64,000 nucleotides of DNA from the NCBI GenBank assembly GCA_977020255.1, contig CDROCS010005092.1, positions 1 through 64,000 on the forward strand. Direction: 5' to 3'. Under the pieces are notes generated by a model, which saw only the letters and a program-made list of their open reading frames with translations, had not been told where the DNA came from and did not search any database. The translations under genes and the position numbers were made by a program. The first letter of the stretch is position 1; each line of letters opens with the position of its first letter. The DNA comes from Obrimoposthia wandeli. Taxonomy: Eukaryota. Below are positions 9,360-20,683 of this stretch, one piece after another.

Positions 9360-11098
9360 TGGATGAGTTAAAACTCTATACATACATTGCTGTATTCGGT
9401 TCTTTCGCCGTTTATTTCGGTATTGCCTGGTGGGCTCGTGCGGGTTCAACTAGTGACTTCTATGTTGCTGGTGGTGGTGTTACACCACTGCAAAATGGTA
9501 TGGCAATTGGCGCTGATTGGATGAGCGCAGCGTCATTTATTTCAATGGCCGGTATGATTTCCTTTTTAGGATACGGGGGCTCTGTATTCCTAATGGGTTG
9601 GACTGGTGGTTATGTATTATTAGCCATGCTGCTAGCACCATACATGCGTAAACACGGTAAATTTACGGTACCTGAGTTTATTTTTGACCGTTATTATTCA
9701 AAAACTGCACGTGTTGTTGCCGTTGTGTGTTTAATTATCGCTTCATTAACGTACATCATCGGTCAAATGAAAGGTGTTGGTGTTGCTTTTTCTCGTTTCC
9801 TAGAAGTTGATTATGATTTAGGTCTTTACATCGGTATGTTCGTGGTTTGGGTTTATGCGGTACTAGGTGGTATGAAAGGTATTACTTACACGCAAATTGC
9901 GCAGTATTGTGTACTAATTTTTGCTTACACCATTCCAGCAGTATTTATTTCTCTACAGTTAACGGGTAACCCAATTCCACAATTAGGTTTAGGTTCTACT
10001 CTAGCGGATGGCAGCGGTGTTTACTTACTTGATAAGTTAGACATGGTAGTCACAGATCTTGGTTTTAAAGAGTACACCACTGATAACATGGGCGGCACAG
10101 TTAATATGTTCGCTTATACCTTGTCATTGATGATTGGTACAGCCGGTTTACCTCACGTTATTATGCGCTTCTTCACGGTTCCTTCAGTAAAAGCAGCACG
10201 TCAGTCAGCAGGTTATGCGTTAGTATTTATCGCATTATTGTACACAGTTGCTCCAGCCGTTGGCGCAATGGCTCGTTTAAACTTAATGAATACTATTGAA
10301 CCTGCAGCGGGCCAAAATATGGAATATGCTGAGCGTCCTCAATGGTTTAAAGATTGGGAAAAAACAGGTTTATTACAATTTGAAGACAAAAATGGCGATG
10401 GTAAAGTACAGTATAATGCTGATAAAGCGACTAATGAAATGGTTAAAGTTGACCGTGACATTATGGTATTGGCTAACCCTGCCATTGCAAACTTACCAAA
10501 CTGGGTTATTGCGCTAGTAGCGGCTGGTGGCTTAGCTGCCGCACTGTCTACTGCAGCCGGTTTGTTATTAGCCATTTCATCCTCTATTTCTCATGATTTA
10601 ATGAAAGGTATACTAACTCCTGATTTAACTGAGAAAAATGAGTTACTAGCAGGTCGTATTGTGATGACAATATCGGTACTCGTGGCAGGTTGGCTGGGTT
10701 TAAATCCGCCTGGTTTTGCCGCAGGAACGGTTGCGCTAGCCTTTGGTTTAGCCGCATCGTCAATATTCCCGGCATTAATGATGGGTATATTCGCTAAGAA
10801 AATGAGTGGCACTGCAGCCGTATGGGGTATGTGTGCAGGTATCGGTGTTACTATGCTTTATGTGTTCCAACATAAAGGCATTATGTTTTATGCTCCTAGC
10901 TCATTTTTAGGAGACATGGGTCCTAACTGGTTCTTTGGTATTTCACCAAATGCCTTTGGCTCTGTAGGCGCAGCCGTTAACTTTGTCGTAGCATTTACGG
11001 TATTGAGATTTACGGGGCCAGCTCCTGCTCATATCCAACAGTTGGTTGAAAACTTCCGTACACCGCATGGTGGCGTTTCTGCAGCACATGATCATTAA
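9359..11098 (+). CDS. Sodium:solute symporter, ActP-like (probable acetate/monocarboxylate permease)
   Basis: NGMAIGADWMSAASF, GKFTVPEF and GTAGLPHVIMRFFTV motifs; many TM helices; CrbS/R context. Confidence 0.9.
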   Translation: MDELKLYTYIAVFGSFAVYFGIAWWARAGSTSDFYVAGGGVTPLQNGMAIGADWMSAASFISMAGMISFLGYGGSVFLMGWTGGYVLLAMLLAPYMRKHGKFTVPEFIFDRYYSKTARVVAVVCLIIASLTYIIGQMKGVGVAFSRFLEVDYDLGLYIGMFVVWVYAVLGGMKGITYTQIAQYCVLIFAYTIPAVFISLQLTGNPIPQLGLGSTLADGSGVYLLDKLDMVVTDLGFKEYTTDNMGGTVNMFAYTLSLMIGTAGLPHVIMRFFTVPSVKAARQSAGYALVFIALLYTVAPAVGAMARLNLMNTIEPAAGQNMEYAERPQWFKDWEKTGLLQFEDKNGDGKVQYNADKATNEMVKVDRDIMVLANPAIANLPNWVIALVAAGGLAAALSTAAGLLLAISSSISHDLMKGILTPDLTEKNELLAGRIVMTISVLVAGWLGLNPPGFAAGTVALAFGLAASSIFPALMMGIFAKKMSGTAAVWGMCAGIGVTMLYVFQHKGIMFYAPSSFLGDMGPNWFFGISPNAFGSVGAAVNFVVAFTVLRFTGPAPAHIQQLVENFRTPHGGVSAAHDH

Positions 11099-11120
11099 TA
11101 TGTGTTGAAACTAACTTGAT

Positions 11121-11143
11121 AAAGGCTCCACTTTGGAGCCTTT
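11121..11143 (+). terminator. Intrinsic terminator
   Basis: AAAGGCTCC-ACTTT-GGAGCCTTT followed by a T-rich run. Confidence 0.8.
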
Positions 11144-11251
11144 AATTTTTATGATTGAGGACAGTTAACAATAGATTAATAGTAATAACAGTAGTTGCCG
11201 GATGCAGCGCTGTCGGATGAATTTTAAATTTGAACACTAAAGAAAAAGAGG

Positions 11252-11698
11252 ATGATCATGAACCGTCATACGAAAGTAGCTTTAATGGTGGCACCGTTTC
11301 TTATTTTGGGTGGCTACATAGCATCAGATTTTTATCTTGAAAACCAAGCAGATAAATCAAGAGTGTTTAACATGGTACCGTTTGGCCATTGTGATGTGAT
11401 CAATGAAAAATGTATTTTGAAATCAGGCAAGTTTGAAGTCAATATTTACGACAAAGCTGGCACTACCACCTTAAACGCCACTTTTCCGCTCGATAGTGCC
11501 ACATTTTTTTTAGTTGATAAGAACAACCAAGCAAGCGCTTATCCCCTAGGTATGATTGATAACCCATACTACTGGCAAAGCCCAACGCCATTGCGAAAAA
11601 ACATTGAAGGCCAAGGTGATAAACAAAAATTACGCATTATTGCCAACATCAAAGGCGGCCAATATATTGCTGAATTTTATAGTGAAACGCTTAATTAA
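11252..11698 (+). CDS. Hypothetical protein with an N-terminal membrane anchor
   Basis: 148-aa ORF, hydrophobic N-terminus, two Cys in the soluble part. Confidence 0.7.
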   Translation: MIMNRHTKVALMVAPFLILGGYIASDFYLENQADKSRVFNMVPFGHCDVINEKCILKSGKFEVNIYDKAGTTTLNATFPLDSATFFLVDKNNQASAYPLGMIDNPYYWQSPTPLRKNIEGQGDKQKLRIIANIKGGQYIAEFYSETLN

Positions 11699-11918
11699 TT
11701 TGAAGCTTCAAGCTATAAAAATTTAACAATGACAGCTTGTTTTATAGCCACATTATTTTTTGATTTTGTATACGTTCGCTTGTAATCAAGATTTTTTAAG
11801 CGACGTATGCGATATCATGCCCCTTCATTTATCATGTTATGTACATTATCTTCCTATCGCGCAATATTTTATCTAGAATAACAACATCTATATCAAATGT
11901 TTAACGTGACCAACATTA

Positions 11919-13841
11919 ATGACTAACATTTCTATTAAGCAAAAAGTAACACTCGCCCTGATTCTCTTTGTATTGTTAACCGCTAGTTTAGTGGGGGCGC
12001 TAAGTCAGTGGAGTGCTCGAAGTATTATTGAAGATAGAATGCTCAATAAAGAACTGCCCAATACAATTAAACAAATTAACGGTGAAATTGATAAAGAAAT
12101 TTCAACCATGCGCATTATTGCTCAGCAAATTGCCACTGACCCGTTTATACAGGACTGGTTTGCTCAAGGACGTTCAGCTGAGGGCGAGGCGCATTTGTTG
12201 GCGAAATTAAGGGCTATTTCCACCAGCCATAATTTAAGTAAAACCTCATTTGCCGATCGCCAGTCAGGTCATTATTGGAATCAAGAAGGTTATCTTCGAC
12301 AATTAAAGAATGACAATGTTGACGGTTGGTTTTTCGCTTATCGGGAAAGTGGCAAAGCAAGCTCTGTCAGTATTTATGCTTATCCAGGTTCAGATAAAAT
12401 TGATTTATTTGTGAATTACCAAGAGGTGAACGGTAAAGGGTTAGCCGGGATCGCAAAATCTTTTGAAGATATCGTCAACTTATTAAATCGCTTTACACTT
12501 GAAAAAACCGGCTTTGTTTATTTAGTTAATGATGAAGGTATTATTCAACTCCATAAAGATAAGTCATTGGTTGGCAAGTCAATTGATAGTATTTATTCAA
12601 AAAACATTACCAATACTATGCTGAATAAATCGGCATTTAGTCTTGAAGAAGCACAAGACGACAAAGCTGATGTTTTTGTTGCCGCAAGTTTTATTCCTAG
12701 CGCACAATGGTATGTGGTGGTGCAAGTGCCACAAGCTGAGGTTTTTGCATCATTAAATGATACTAATGTGCAGATGATCACATGGTCTTTACTGGTCATC
12801 ATTATCGCTATTTTTGTTGCATTGTTAATTGCCAAGTCTATCACTCGTCCCATTGATTTATTGGCTGAATTATTCCTTAAACTTGGTCAAGGTAAAGCCG
12901 ATATTTCTTATCGTATTCCGGAAAGTGGTCAACAAGAATTAGTCAATGTTGCGCATGGCTATAATCAATTTATTACTAAGCTTGAAGCTGTATTTTTACA
13001 GGTATCGCATGAGACATTAACCCTCAAGCAAACGGCTGAAACATTGCAGAATAAAGCCAACGAAACTATTGCTAGTTCAGTCAGTAATGATGAAAACTCT
13101 CATCATATTTCTACTGCGCTAAGTCAAATCAGTGAAACAGTGTCAGATGTAGCACAAAATGCTATTCAAGCCTCTGATATCGCAAGTAATATTAAAGAGA
13201 ATAATGACTCGATAAATAATGTTATTCATAGCGCTAAGTTGGAAGTTGAAGAGTTAGGGGGGAAAATACATGACGTTTCTAATGTTATTAATACCTTGGC
13301 AACTAACAGCGAAACAATCGCGGGCGCGTTAGCGGTTATTCAAACGATTTCTGACCAAACTAATTTATTGGCTTTAAATGCAGCGATTGAAGCGGCGCGT
13401 GCTGGCGAACATGGCCGAGGATTCTCAGTTGTTGCGGATGAAGTTAGAACACTCGCGAGTAAAACAGTCGAATCTACGGCTGAAATTCAAGCGATAATGA
13501 AGATATTGAAAGAAACTTCTTCGACGGCCTCAAAAGAGATCACACAAATTATTGAGCAATCTGCGAGTACTACGCAGTCAATTGCCAAAGCAGAAGATAT
13601 TTTGCAAGTGAGTCTGACCTTGACCGAGCAAATACTCGATTCAAATCATTTGGTTGCCACTGCGACTGAAGAACAAGCGTTTACCATTACTGACATTAAT
13701 AATAATATGAGTAATATCACTGATGTTGCTAAAGCTAATATGAATAATGTGCAGGATATAGTCGATAATGCTAATGTTCTTAATCAATTAGCTGAAAATT
13801 TGGATAATCTCATTGTCCAATTTAAAGGCGAAAAAAGCTAA
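11919..13841 (+). CDS. Methyl-accepting chemotaxis protein with a probable dCache sensor and HAMP domain
   Basis: Two TM helices flanking a periplasmic domain; signalling hairpin [23 protein letters not shown]. Confidence 0.93.
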   Translation: MTNISIKQKVTLALILFVLLTASLVGALSQWSARSIIEDRMLNKELPNTIKQINGEIDKEISTMRIIAQQIATDPFIQDWFAQGRSAEGEAHLLAKLRAISTSHNLSKTSFADRQSGHYWNQEGYLRQLKNDNVDGWFFAYRESGKASSVSIYAYPGSDKIDLFVNYQEVNGKGLAGIAKSFEDIVNLLNRFTLEKTGFVYLVNDEGIIQLHKDKSLVGKSIDSIYSKNITNTMLNKSAFSLEEAQDDKADVFVAASFIPSAQWYVVVQVPQAEVFASLNDTNVQMITWSLLVIIIAIFVALLIAKSITRPIDLLAELFLKLGQGKADISYRIPESGQQELVNVAHGYNQFITKLEAVFLQVSHETLTLKQTAETLQNKANETIASSVSNDENSHHISTALSQISETVSDVAQNAIQASDIASNIKENNDSINNVIHSAKLEVEELGGKIHDVSNVINTLATNSETIAGALAVIQTISDQTNLLALNAAIEAARAGEHGRGFSVVADEVRTLASKTVESTAEIQAIMKILKETSSTASKEITQIIEQSASTTQSIAKAEDILQVSLTLTEQILDSNHLVATATEEQAFTITDINNNMSNITDVAKANMNNVQDIVDNANVLNQLAENLDNLIVQFKGEKS

Positions 13842-13964
13842 ACACCTACCGGTAAAAAATGAGATGTTAGTGACTTTACGCTCAATATTGACGAAGCAAG
13901 CATTATTGAGCGCATTGTCTAGGGCTAAGTGATGAATAGTGCCGCTATATGAATTTGACGTATT

Positions 13965-13978
13965 GCGACTAAAGTATA
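13965..13978. promoter_or_regulatory. Candidate CrbR box upstream of crbS
   Basis: GCGAC-TAAA-GTATA, sharing GACTAAAGT with the 8885 site. Confidence 0.45.
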
Positions 13979-14082
13979 GGCTTAGAAGTTTTCATTCATC
14001 TGGCTAGCTTGCTATCTTAGAGGTGAAATCATCCTTACTCATTACCCATTAACATCGATAAGAATAAAAATAGAGAAGTTTT

Positions 14083-17000
14083 ATGTTTCCAAATTGGCAA
14101 TTAGCAGGCTTAAGTTTTGCTTATATAGGTTTACTATTTGTTATTGCCTATATTGGAGATAAATATCGCCATAAATTATTACGACAAAGCCAAGCGATAA
14201 TCTATGCGTTAACACTCGGAGTGTATTGTACGTCGTGGAGTTTTTTAGGCACAACGGGACAAGCATCAAATAACTTTATTTCTCATCTGCCAATCTATAT
14301 TGGACCAATATTACTGTTCGCCTTTGCTTGGCCTTTTATTCAACGCATTATTCGGGTTAGTTTAAAGCTAAATTTAACCTCGATTGCCGACTTATTAGCT
14401 GCACGCTTTGGTAAATCACATAGTCTCGCCATTTTAGTCACGATCGTGGCGCTAATTGGCACTATGCCTTATATCGCTTTGCAGCTGAAAGCCATTGTTT
14501 ATACTTTTCAACAATTACAGGCTGAGCAAAGTTTGTCGAATTGGCACTTTGGCTTAATTGTTAGCTTAGTGCTGGCTGGCTTTACCATCATTTTTGGTGT
14601 TCGTAATATCGATGTTACTGAGCGCCACCCCGGAGTGATGCTAGCCATAGCCTTTGAATCATTAGTGAAGTTATTTGCCTTCTTGGCCGTGGGTGTATTT
14701 GTTACTTATGTATTATTTGATTCGCCAGCTGAAATTTGGCAGCGCTCGTCTACGACTTTACATCTTGAGCAACAACTGAATTTTCCTAATGTGATGTCAA
14801 TGTTTGCTATGTTGATTATCACTATGGCGGCTTTTTTGTCTCTGCCAAGACAATTTCAAGTGATGGTGGTTGAACTTAAAGATGAAAAAGATACTTGGCT
14901 TAGTCGTCGTATTTTTCCACTTTACTTGTTAATTTTCGCTATCTTCGCTGTACCGTTAGGTTTAGCGGGGCATTTATTGCTTGGTGAAAATGTTCCATCC
15001 GATGCTTACGTATTATTTCTTCCTTGGTATCAACAGCAGCCTTGGTTAACTTTATTAACCTTTTTAGGGGCAATATCGGCTGCTAGCTCAATGGTGATTA
15101 TCTCATCTATTGCCTTAAGTACCATGCTCAGTAATGAGATTGTTTTTCCTTGGCTATATAAAGCCAACAAGCATCATCACACTGATTACGATAATTTTCG
15201 CTTACGACTGCTGACCATTCGTAAAATATTAGTCTTATTCGTTATTTTATTGGGTTATGGCGTATTTTTATTAGCTTCACCTGACGCGTTAAGTTCACTC
15301 GGTGAAATTGCCTTTGGTGCCTTTGCGCAATTAACACCAGCATTAGTTGCCGCCTTTTATTGGCGAAGAGCGACGTTAACTGCTGTGTATGGTGGTATTG
15401 TTATCGGTTTTGGTACTTGGCTATTACTTAACTTTATTCCACAGTTTGGCTTGTACCCTAATCCTTTTGAAGGCAGTTTTTTACCGGCTAATTCGATGGC
15501 AAGTTTAGTGTCGTTGTCGGCCAATATTGTTGCTATGTGGCTACTTTCTCATGTTAGTCGTCAAAGTGTGCAAGAGCGTATGCAAGCTTCTTTGTTTATG
15601 GAATATCAAGCACCCAAAGCATTACAACAGCAGCGCAATAAACAAATAAACTATCAAGAGTTAGAGTTACTGGTGTCGCGCTTTGTTGGTGAGCAAAAAG
15701 CGAGCGTTAGTTTTGCGCAATTTCAGCGTTCGACGATTAAATCACAAATGAGTAATGTCGCCTATAACCAGAAACTATTACAGCAAACTGAAAATACTTT
15801 GGCCAGTGTGATGGGGGCGTCGTCTGCTCGGTTAGTGTTATCTTCAGCGTTAGAAGGCCGAGATATTGCACTTGATGAAATTGCTGTGCTGGTTGAAGAA
15901 GCGTCAAGCCAACGTCAGCAATACAGTCAAGACTTACTACAAAGTGCGATAGAAAATGCTGGTGAAGGTATTTCGATTGTCGATAGTGAGCTGAATCTTG
16001 TCGCCTGGAATAAGAAATATGTCGACTTATTCGACTACCCTAGTGAGCTTATCTATCAAGGTAGCCCGATCAGTGATTTGATTCGTTATAACGTATTACG
16101 CGGCTTATGTGGTATTGGCAAAGTTAACCAACAAGTGAACAAACGCTTAGCGCATTTACGTAATGGCAGTCCGCATAGCTCAGAACGCGAGCACAGTGAT
16201 GGCCGCGTAATCCGCATTGAAGGTAATCCGTTACCGGGTGGCGGCTTCGTCATGCTGTTTTCAGATATCACGGCCTATCGTCAAGCGGAGAGAGGGTTAA
16301 TAGAAGCAAACGTTGATTTGGAAACGAGAGTACTTGAACGAACACAAAAATTAGAGCAAACCAACGATGCTTTAGCCTTAGCGCGCGAAAAAGCGGAGCA
16401 AGCACATGTTAAGAAAAGCTTATATTTAAAAGCTTGTAGCCATGATTTAATGCAACCATTAGAAGCAGCACGGTTGTTTACTTCAGCCTTAGCTAGCCAA
16501 GGAAATTTGACCGTAACTCAACAACGTCAAGTCGACAATATTGATCACTCACTAAAAGTGGCGAATGATCTTGTTGCGGATTTAGCGGAAATTGCTCGTA
16601 TCGAAAGTGGCAATATTAAGCCTAATATCAGTAATTTCTCCGTTAAATCATTATTTAATGACCTTGCCAAAGAGTTTTCAGCCAGCGCTGCTGAACTTAA
16701 TGTTGAGTTTCATGTGCAGCGAAATTCATTATGGTTGCGCTCTGATCGTAATTTATTACGTCGAATATTACAAAATTTAATCGGTAATGCCTTTCGCTAT
16801 GCCAGCCCTGGCAAGGTTGTGCTAGGTGCTCGTATGAAAGACTCTACGGTCGATATTCAAGTACTAGATAATGGCCCGGGTATTCCAGCAGAGAAACAAG
16901 AAATGGTGTTTGAGCAATTCACTCAATTAGACAACCAGCAAAGCGCGTCAGCAGGTGGTTTGGGTTTAGGCTTAAATATAACGCAAAGCTTAGCGCAATT

Positions 17001-17520
17001 ACTGGATCACAGCTTATCCTTGTATTCAGAAGTGGGTAAAGGTTGTAAGTTTGTTGTTGGCGTAGAAAGAGCAGAGGCACAAGTAGAAATTATACAGAAA
17101 AAACCTGTCATTAAGTTGGGTTTAAGCGATGTTACGGTGATGTGTATTGATAATGACCCTGCCGTGCTCAGTGGTATGGTCGAGCTGTTATCAGCTTGGG
17201 ACTGTAATGTATTAGCCGCAGGCTCGTATCATCAGGCACTTTCGCTTTATAGCGATCACAAAGACGAGATCGAAATACTATTGGTTGATTATCAGTTAGA
17301 TGCTGATTTTAATGGTATTGCGTTAATTGCAGAATTAAGAGAGTTAAGTCGCCATTACGTACCTGCGATTTTAATTACCGCAACAACAGATAGTGACTTA
17401 GAAGAAAAGACTTTGGCGGCGGATATTAACTTTATGCGTAAACTGGTTAAGCCAGCAGCGCTTAGAGCCATGATGAGCGCGATGTTAACGAAAAAACTAC
17501 AAGCTAAATATTTACAATAG
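14083..17520 (+). CDS. crbS: CrbS/MxtR-type hybrid sensor kinase (SLC5-STAC-PAS-HisKA-HATPase-REC)
   Basis: N-terminal symporter-like TM domain (GVYCTSWSFLG), H-box CSHDLMQP, N box NLIGNAFRY, G boxes DNGPGI/GLGLGL and C-terminal receiver. Confidence 0.9.
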   Translation: MFPNWQLAGLSFAYIGLLFVIAYIGDKYRHKLLRQSQAIIYALTLGVYCTSWSFLGTTGQASNNFISHLPIYIGPILLFAFAWPFIQRIIRVSLKLNLTSIADLLAARFGKSHSLAILVTIVALIGTMPYIALQLKAIVYTFQQLQAEQSLSNWHFGLIVSLVLAGFTIIFGVRNIDVTERHPGVMLAIAFESLVKLFAFLAVGVFVTYVLFDSPAEIWQRSSTTLHLEQQLNFPNVMSMFAMLIITMAAFLSLPRQFQVMVVELKDEKDTWLSRRIFPLYLLIFAIFAVPLGLAGHLLLGENVPSDAYVLFLPWYQQQPWLTLLTFLGAISAASSMVIISSIALSTMLSNEIVFPWLYKANKHHHTDYDNFRLRLLTIRKILVLFVILLGYGVFLLASPDALSSLGEIAFGAFAQLTPALVAAFYWRRATLTAVYGGIVIGFGTWLLLNFIPQFGLYPNPFEGSFLPANSMASLVSLSANIVAMWLLSHVSRQSVQERMQASLFMEYQAPKALQQQRNKQINYQELELLVSRFVGEQKASVSFAQFQRSTIKSQMSNVAYNQKLLQQTENTLASVMGASSARLVLSSALEGRDIALDEIAVLVEEASSQRQQYSQDLLQSAIENAGEGISIVDSELNLVAWNKKYVDLFDYPSELIYQGSPISDLIRYNVLRGLCGIGKVNQQVNKRLAHLRNGSPHSSEREHSDGRVIRIEGNPLPGGGFVMLFSDITAYRQAERGLIEANVDLETRVLERTQKLEQTNDALALAREKAEQAHVKKSLYLKACSHDLMQPLEAARLFTSALASQGNLTVTQQRQVDNIDHSLKVANDLVADLAEIARIESGNIKPNISNFSVKSLFNDLAKEFSASAAELNVEFHVQRNSLWLRSDRNLLRRILQNLIGNAFRYASPGKVVLGARMKDSTVDIQVLDNGPGIPAEKQEMVFEQFTQLDNQQSASAGGLGLGLNITQSLAQLLDHSLSLYSEVGKGCKFVVGVERAEAQVEIIQKKPVIKLGLSDVTVMCIDNDPAVLSGMVELLSAWDCNVLAAGSYHQALSLYSDHKDEIEILLVDYQLDADFNGIALIAELRELSRHYVPAILITATTDSDLEEKTLAADINFMRKLVKPAALRAMMSAMLTKKLQAKYLQ

Positions 17521-17534
17521 CAAGGAGTAAAAAA

Positions 17535-17567
17535 CTCACTTAGCTTAAGTAATTTGAGTTAAGTGAG
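17535..17567. terminator. Probable bidirectional terminator between crbS and crbR
   Basis: CTCACTTAGCT...AGTTAAGTGAG inverted repeat between convergent genes. Confidence 0.55.
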
Positions 17568-17595
17568 CTAAGTAAATTAAGTTATTTAGTTGGTG

Positions 17596-18255
17596 TTAAC
17601 TGTCTTGTAATTGTACTTCAGCAATATCGAGTTGAGCGATAACAATAACGGCTTGCGTACGGTTACGTACATCAAGTTTACGAAAAATTGCTGTGGCGTG
17701 GGCTTTAATGGTGGCCTCTGACACATTCAAATCATAAGCAATTTGTTTGTTTAGCATGCCTTGAGCAAACATCATCAAAATTCGATACTGCTGCTGGGTC
17801 AAGCTAGCCACACGTTCTGCGATATCGTTGTTGTCCTGCATAGGTGCAGACTCACTGTACGCTTGAGGTGTCCAAATATTACCTAATAGTACCTGTTGAA
17901 TCGCATTATAAATATCTTCGACTGGTGTTGATTTTGGAATAAACCCTGAAGCGCCGTAACCCATAGATTTATGTATGGTTTCATGATCTTCATGAGCTGA
18001 TACCACGACAACCGGTATTTGTGGGAAGTGATTACGAACATGAATTAAGGTGTTAAAACCATGTGCGCCAGGAATATGTAAATCAAGTAAGAGTAAATCG
18101 CTGTCGTTATTGTCGCGAAGTTGTTGTTCTAATTCTGCAATGGTTTGTGCTTCTAACCATTGTGTTTGCGTTAGTTTTAACCTTAAAGTGCCCAATAATG
18201 CTTGTCTGAATAGTGGGTGATCGTCAGCTATTATAATTTTTTCTGGCTGAATCAT
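17596..18255 (-). CDS. crbR: NarL/LuxR-family response regulator (CrbR/ErdR type)
   Basis: REC (IIADDHPLFR, LLLDLHIP) plus LuxR HTH (LNKQIAYDLNVSEATIKAH); adjacent to crbS. Confidence 0.88.
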   Translation of the reverse strand: MIQPEKIIIADDHPLFRQALLGTLRLKLTQTQWLEAQTIAELEQQLRDNNDSDLLLLDLHIPGAHGFNTLIHVRNHFPQIPVVVVSAHEDHETIHKSMGYGASGFIPKSTPVEDIYNAIQQVLLGNIWTPQAYSESAPMQDNNDIAERVASLTQQQYRILMMFAQGMLNKQIAYDLNVSEATIKAHATAIFRKLDVRNRTQAVIVIAQLDIAEVQLQDS

Positions 18256-18316
18256 GTCATTGTTTCCTATATAAAACCCCAGTGATAGTTTAGGCGATTT
18301 AAGGTTAGTTGTTTAT

Positions 18317-18330
18317 TAGACTTTAGGCTA
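18317..18330. promoter_or_regulatory. Candidate CrbR box upstream of crbR
   Basis: TAGAC-TTTA-GGCTA, one mismatch from a perfect TAGAC-N4-GTCTA palindrome. Confidence 0.55.
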
Positions 18331-18413
18331 ATGTTGATCTAAACGTAGTTTATTGTCATAGAAAGAACAAGTGATGTGTCGCGTAATATGAAAATATCAC
18401 GCGACAAGATGAT

Positions 18414-19886
18414 TTATGCCTGCTCTGGAATGTTAGCTAATACAGCCAACAATAGTTGCCAATATTGCTCGACGGTCGCTATTTGAACTTTTTCATCAGG
18501 TGAATGTGGAAATTTGATGGTTGGGCCAAACGACACCATATCCCAATGAGGATAAGCGGTTTTAAATAAACCACATTCAAGGCCAGCATGAATCACCATA
18601 ACCTCCGGCACTTTACCGAATAACTCTTGATAAGTATCACGTACCGTTTGCATTAATGCTGAACTGGTATCAGGTTTCCAACCAGGATAAGCGCCTGAAA
18701 ATTTAACGTCTGCACCCGCTAAATCAAATACTGATTGCACCATCGTTTGCGCATCTGATCGGCCGTCGTCATGTAAGCTGCGAATTAATGTCATGGCGAC
18801 AAACTTATTGCCTTTACTGCGCATAACGCCCAAGTTTAATGAAGTTTCAACAATACCTTCAATGTCATCACTCATGCGTAAAACGCCGTTAGGGCAAGCG
18901 CTCAATGCACGTAAAATCGTACTTTGTGTGCTCTTTGTCCAGCACTCGTCAAAGGTTTCAGGAGAAATTAACAGCATCTCGATATCTGTTTCAATAGCAC
19001 CTAATGATTGGCGAATAGTGCTGAGGTATTCAGCAAGCTTGGCTTTTAATGCCGGAACTTTTGCGCTGCTAATAACAAAGCTTGCATCGGCTTCTCGTGG
19101 AATAGCATTACGTAGACTACCGCCATTTAACTCTGTTAAACGTAAGTCTAATTCGTTGCTAGCTTCTAGTAAAAAACGTACAAGCAATTTATTGGCATTA
19201 GCGCGACCAGTGTGAATATCAACACCTGAATGACCGCCTTTAAGACCAGAAATTGACAGGTTAAATGACTCAACATCATCAGCAACATCTTCGTTTTTAA
19301 TCGCGAAAGTGGCTTCACCATCGATGCCACCAGCGCAACCCATATACACTTCACCTTCTTGTTCAGAATCGGTATTGATCAGTAAATCACCTTCCAACCA
19401 ACCGGCTTCAAGACCAAACGCACCGGTCATGCCAGCTTCTTCGTCAATAGTGACTAAAACTTCTAATGGGCCATGGACAATATCATTACTGGCTAATACG
19501 GCTAGCGCAGATGATAAGCCGATGCCGTTATCGGCGCCTAATGTTGTGCCTTCAGCAGTTACCCAGTCGCCGTCTGCTTCAGTAATAATATAAGGCTTGA
19601 TAGGGTCGGTAAGAAAATCATGGGCAGTATCTGCATTTTTCTGCGGTACCATATCCATATGAGCCTGCAAAATAACGCCCTTTTTATTCTCCATACCTGC
19701 AGTTGCAGGCTTCTTGATAATTAAGTTACCTACCGCATCTTCCTTAACGCTTAGGCCTAATTCATTTGCCCAAGACTGGATCCAAAGTGATATTTTTTGT
19801 TCATGCTTTGAAGGATGTGGAATGCTACAAATGGTATCAAAAATTTGCCATAATTTGCTTGGTTGTAATTGTGCTACTGTGCTCAC
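18414..19886 (-). CDS. pepD: Aminoacyl-histidine dipeptidase (peptidase D)
   Basis: LQAHMDMV, TTLGADNGIG, DEEAGMTGA and IHAGLECG motifs. Confidence 0.95.
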   Translation of the reverse strand: MSTVAQLQPSKLWQIFDTICSIPHPSKHEQKISLWIQSWANELGLSVKEDAVGNLIIKKPATAGMENKKGVILQAHMDMVPQKNADTAHDFLTDPIKPYIITEADGDWVTAEGTTLGADNGIGLSSALAVLASNDIVHGPLEVLVTIDEEAGMTGAFGLEAGWLEGDLLINTDSEQEGEVYMGCAGGIDGEATFAIKNEDVADDVESFNLSISGLKGGHSGVDIHTGRANANKLLVRFLLEASNELDLRLTELNGGSLRNAIPREADASFVISSAKVPALKAKLAEYLSTIRQSLGAIETDIEMLLISPETFDECWTKSTQSTILRALSACPNGVLRMSDDIEGIVETSLNLGVMRSKGNKFVAMTLIRSLHDDGRSDAQTMVQSVFDLAGADVKFSGAYPGWKPDTSSALMQTVRDTYQELFGKVPEVMVIHAGLECGLFKTAYPHWDMVSFGPTIKFPHSPDEKVQIATVEQYWQLLLAVLANIPEQA

Positions 19887-19966
19887 AGGTATTCCTTAAT
19901 TTTTTGACCCTAAGTTAGTGTAGGGCGTTTTCGATAACATATTTTTAATCGCTATAATTGATAAAA

Positions 19967-20551
19967 TTACTTGTCAGCCATTAAAAATTGCCATTGTTCA
20001 TTGAAATCGTTACTTGGTTTTTTAGTAAAATCAGAGCGGACATATTGATTGATTTTACCTTCAGCGTAAGCCATTAAAATATTAGCTAAGGCTAATTCTG
20101 AAATAGTAAAACCTTTACCTTCTCGTAGCTTTCTTTCCCGTAAAACTTGTTTAAATTGCGATTCTAGCTTTTCAAAAAATTGATTAACGCGAGCACGTAA
20201 ACGCTCGTTTTCACCCATTAAGGCATCACCGGCAAGAATGCGACACATACCAGGATTACGTTCAGCAAAAATTAACAGTACATGCAAAATATGATGACAA
20301 CGAATAAGTGCTTCTTTGTGATCAGTTAAGATAAGGTTTACGCGTGAAAAAATTGATTCTTCAATAAACTCTATTAAACCTTCAAACATGCGTGCTTTTG
20401 AAGGGAAATGGCGATAAAGCGCAGCTTCAGACACACCCACTTCAGCGGCAAGTTTTGCTGTGGTGATCCTCTGTCCTGCACTGGTTTCAAGCATATGAGC
20501 AAGACATTCTAAAATTTGTTGTTTACGATTAGGTTTTTGAGTGGCCGGCAT
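19967..20551 (-). CDS. slmA: Nucleoid occlusion factor SlmA
   Basis: [38 protein letters not shown]; downstream of coaBC. Confidence 0.95.
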   Translation of the reverse strand: MPATQKPNRKQQILECLAHMLETSAGQRITTAKLAAEVGVSEAALYRHFPSKARMFEGLIEFIEESIFSRVNLILTDHKEALIRCHHILHVLLIFAERNPGMCRILAGDALMGENERLRARVNQFFEKLESQFKQVLRERKLREGKGFTISELALANILMAYAEGKINQYVRSDFTKKPSNDFNEQWQFLMADK

Positions 20552-20683
20552 AAAACTGATTCTCTATTTTTATTATATTTTTAGTGTTCATAGTAAAGTA
20601 ATTAATAAACAATACCGGTTACTACTTCACTAAAAGATTAACGTGATTGTATAGCGTTATTCAGCTGATATTCAATAAGAAAA

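Noticed and set aside
11198-11220. GCCGGATGCAGCG, similar to half of an E. coli REP
   Set aside because: No complementary arm and no second copy in the window
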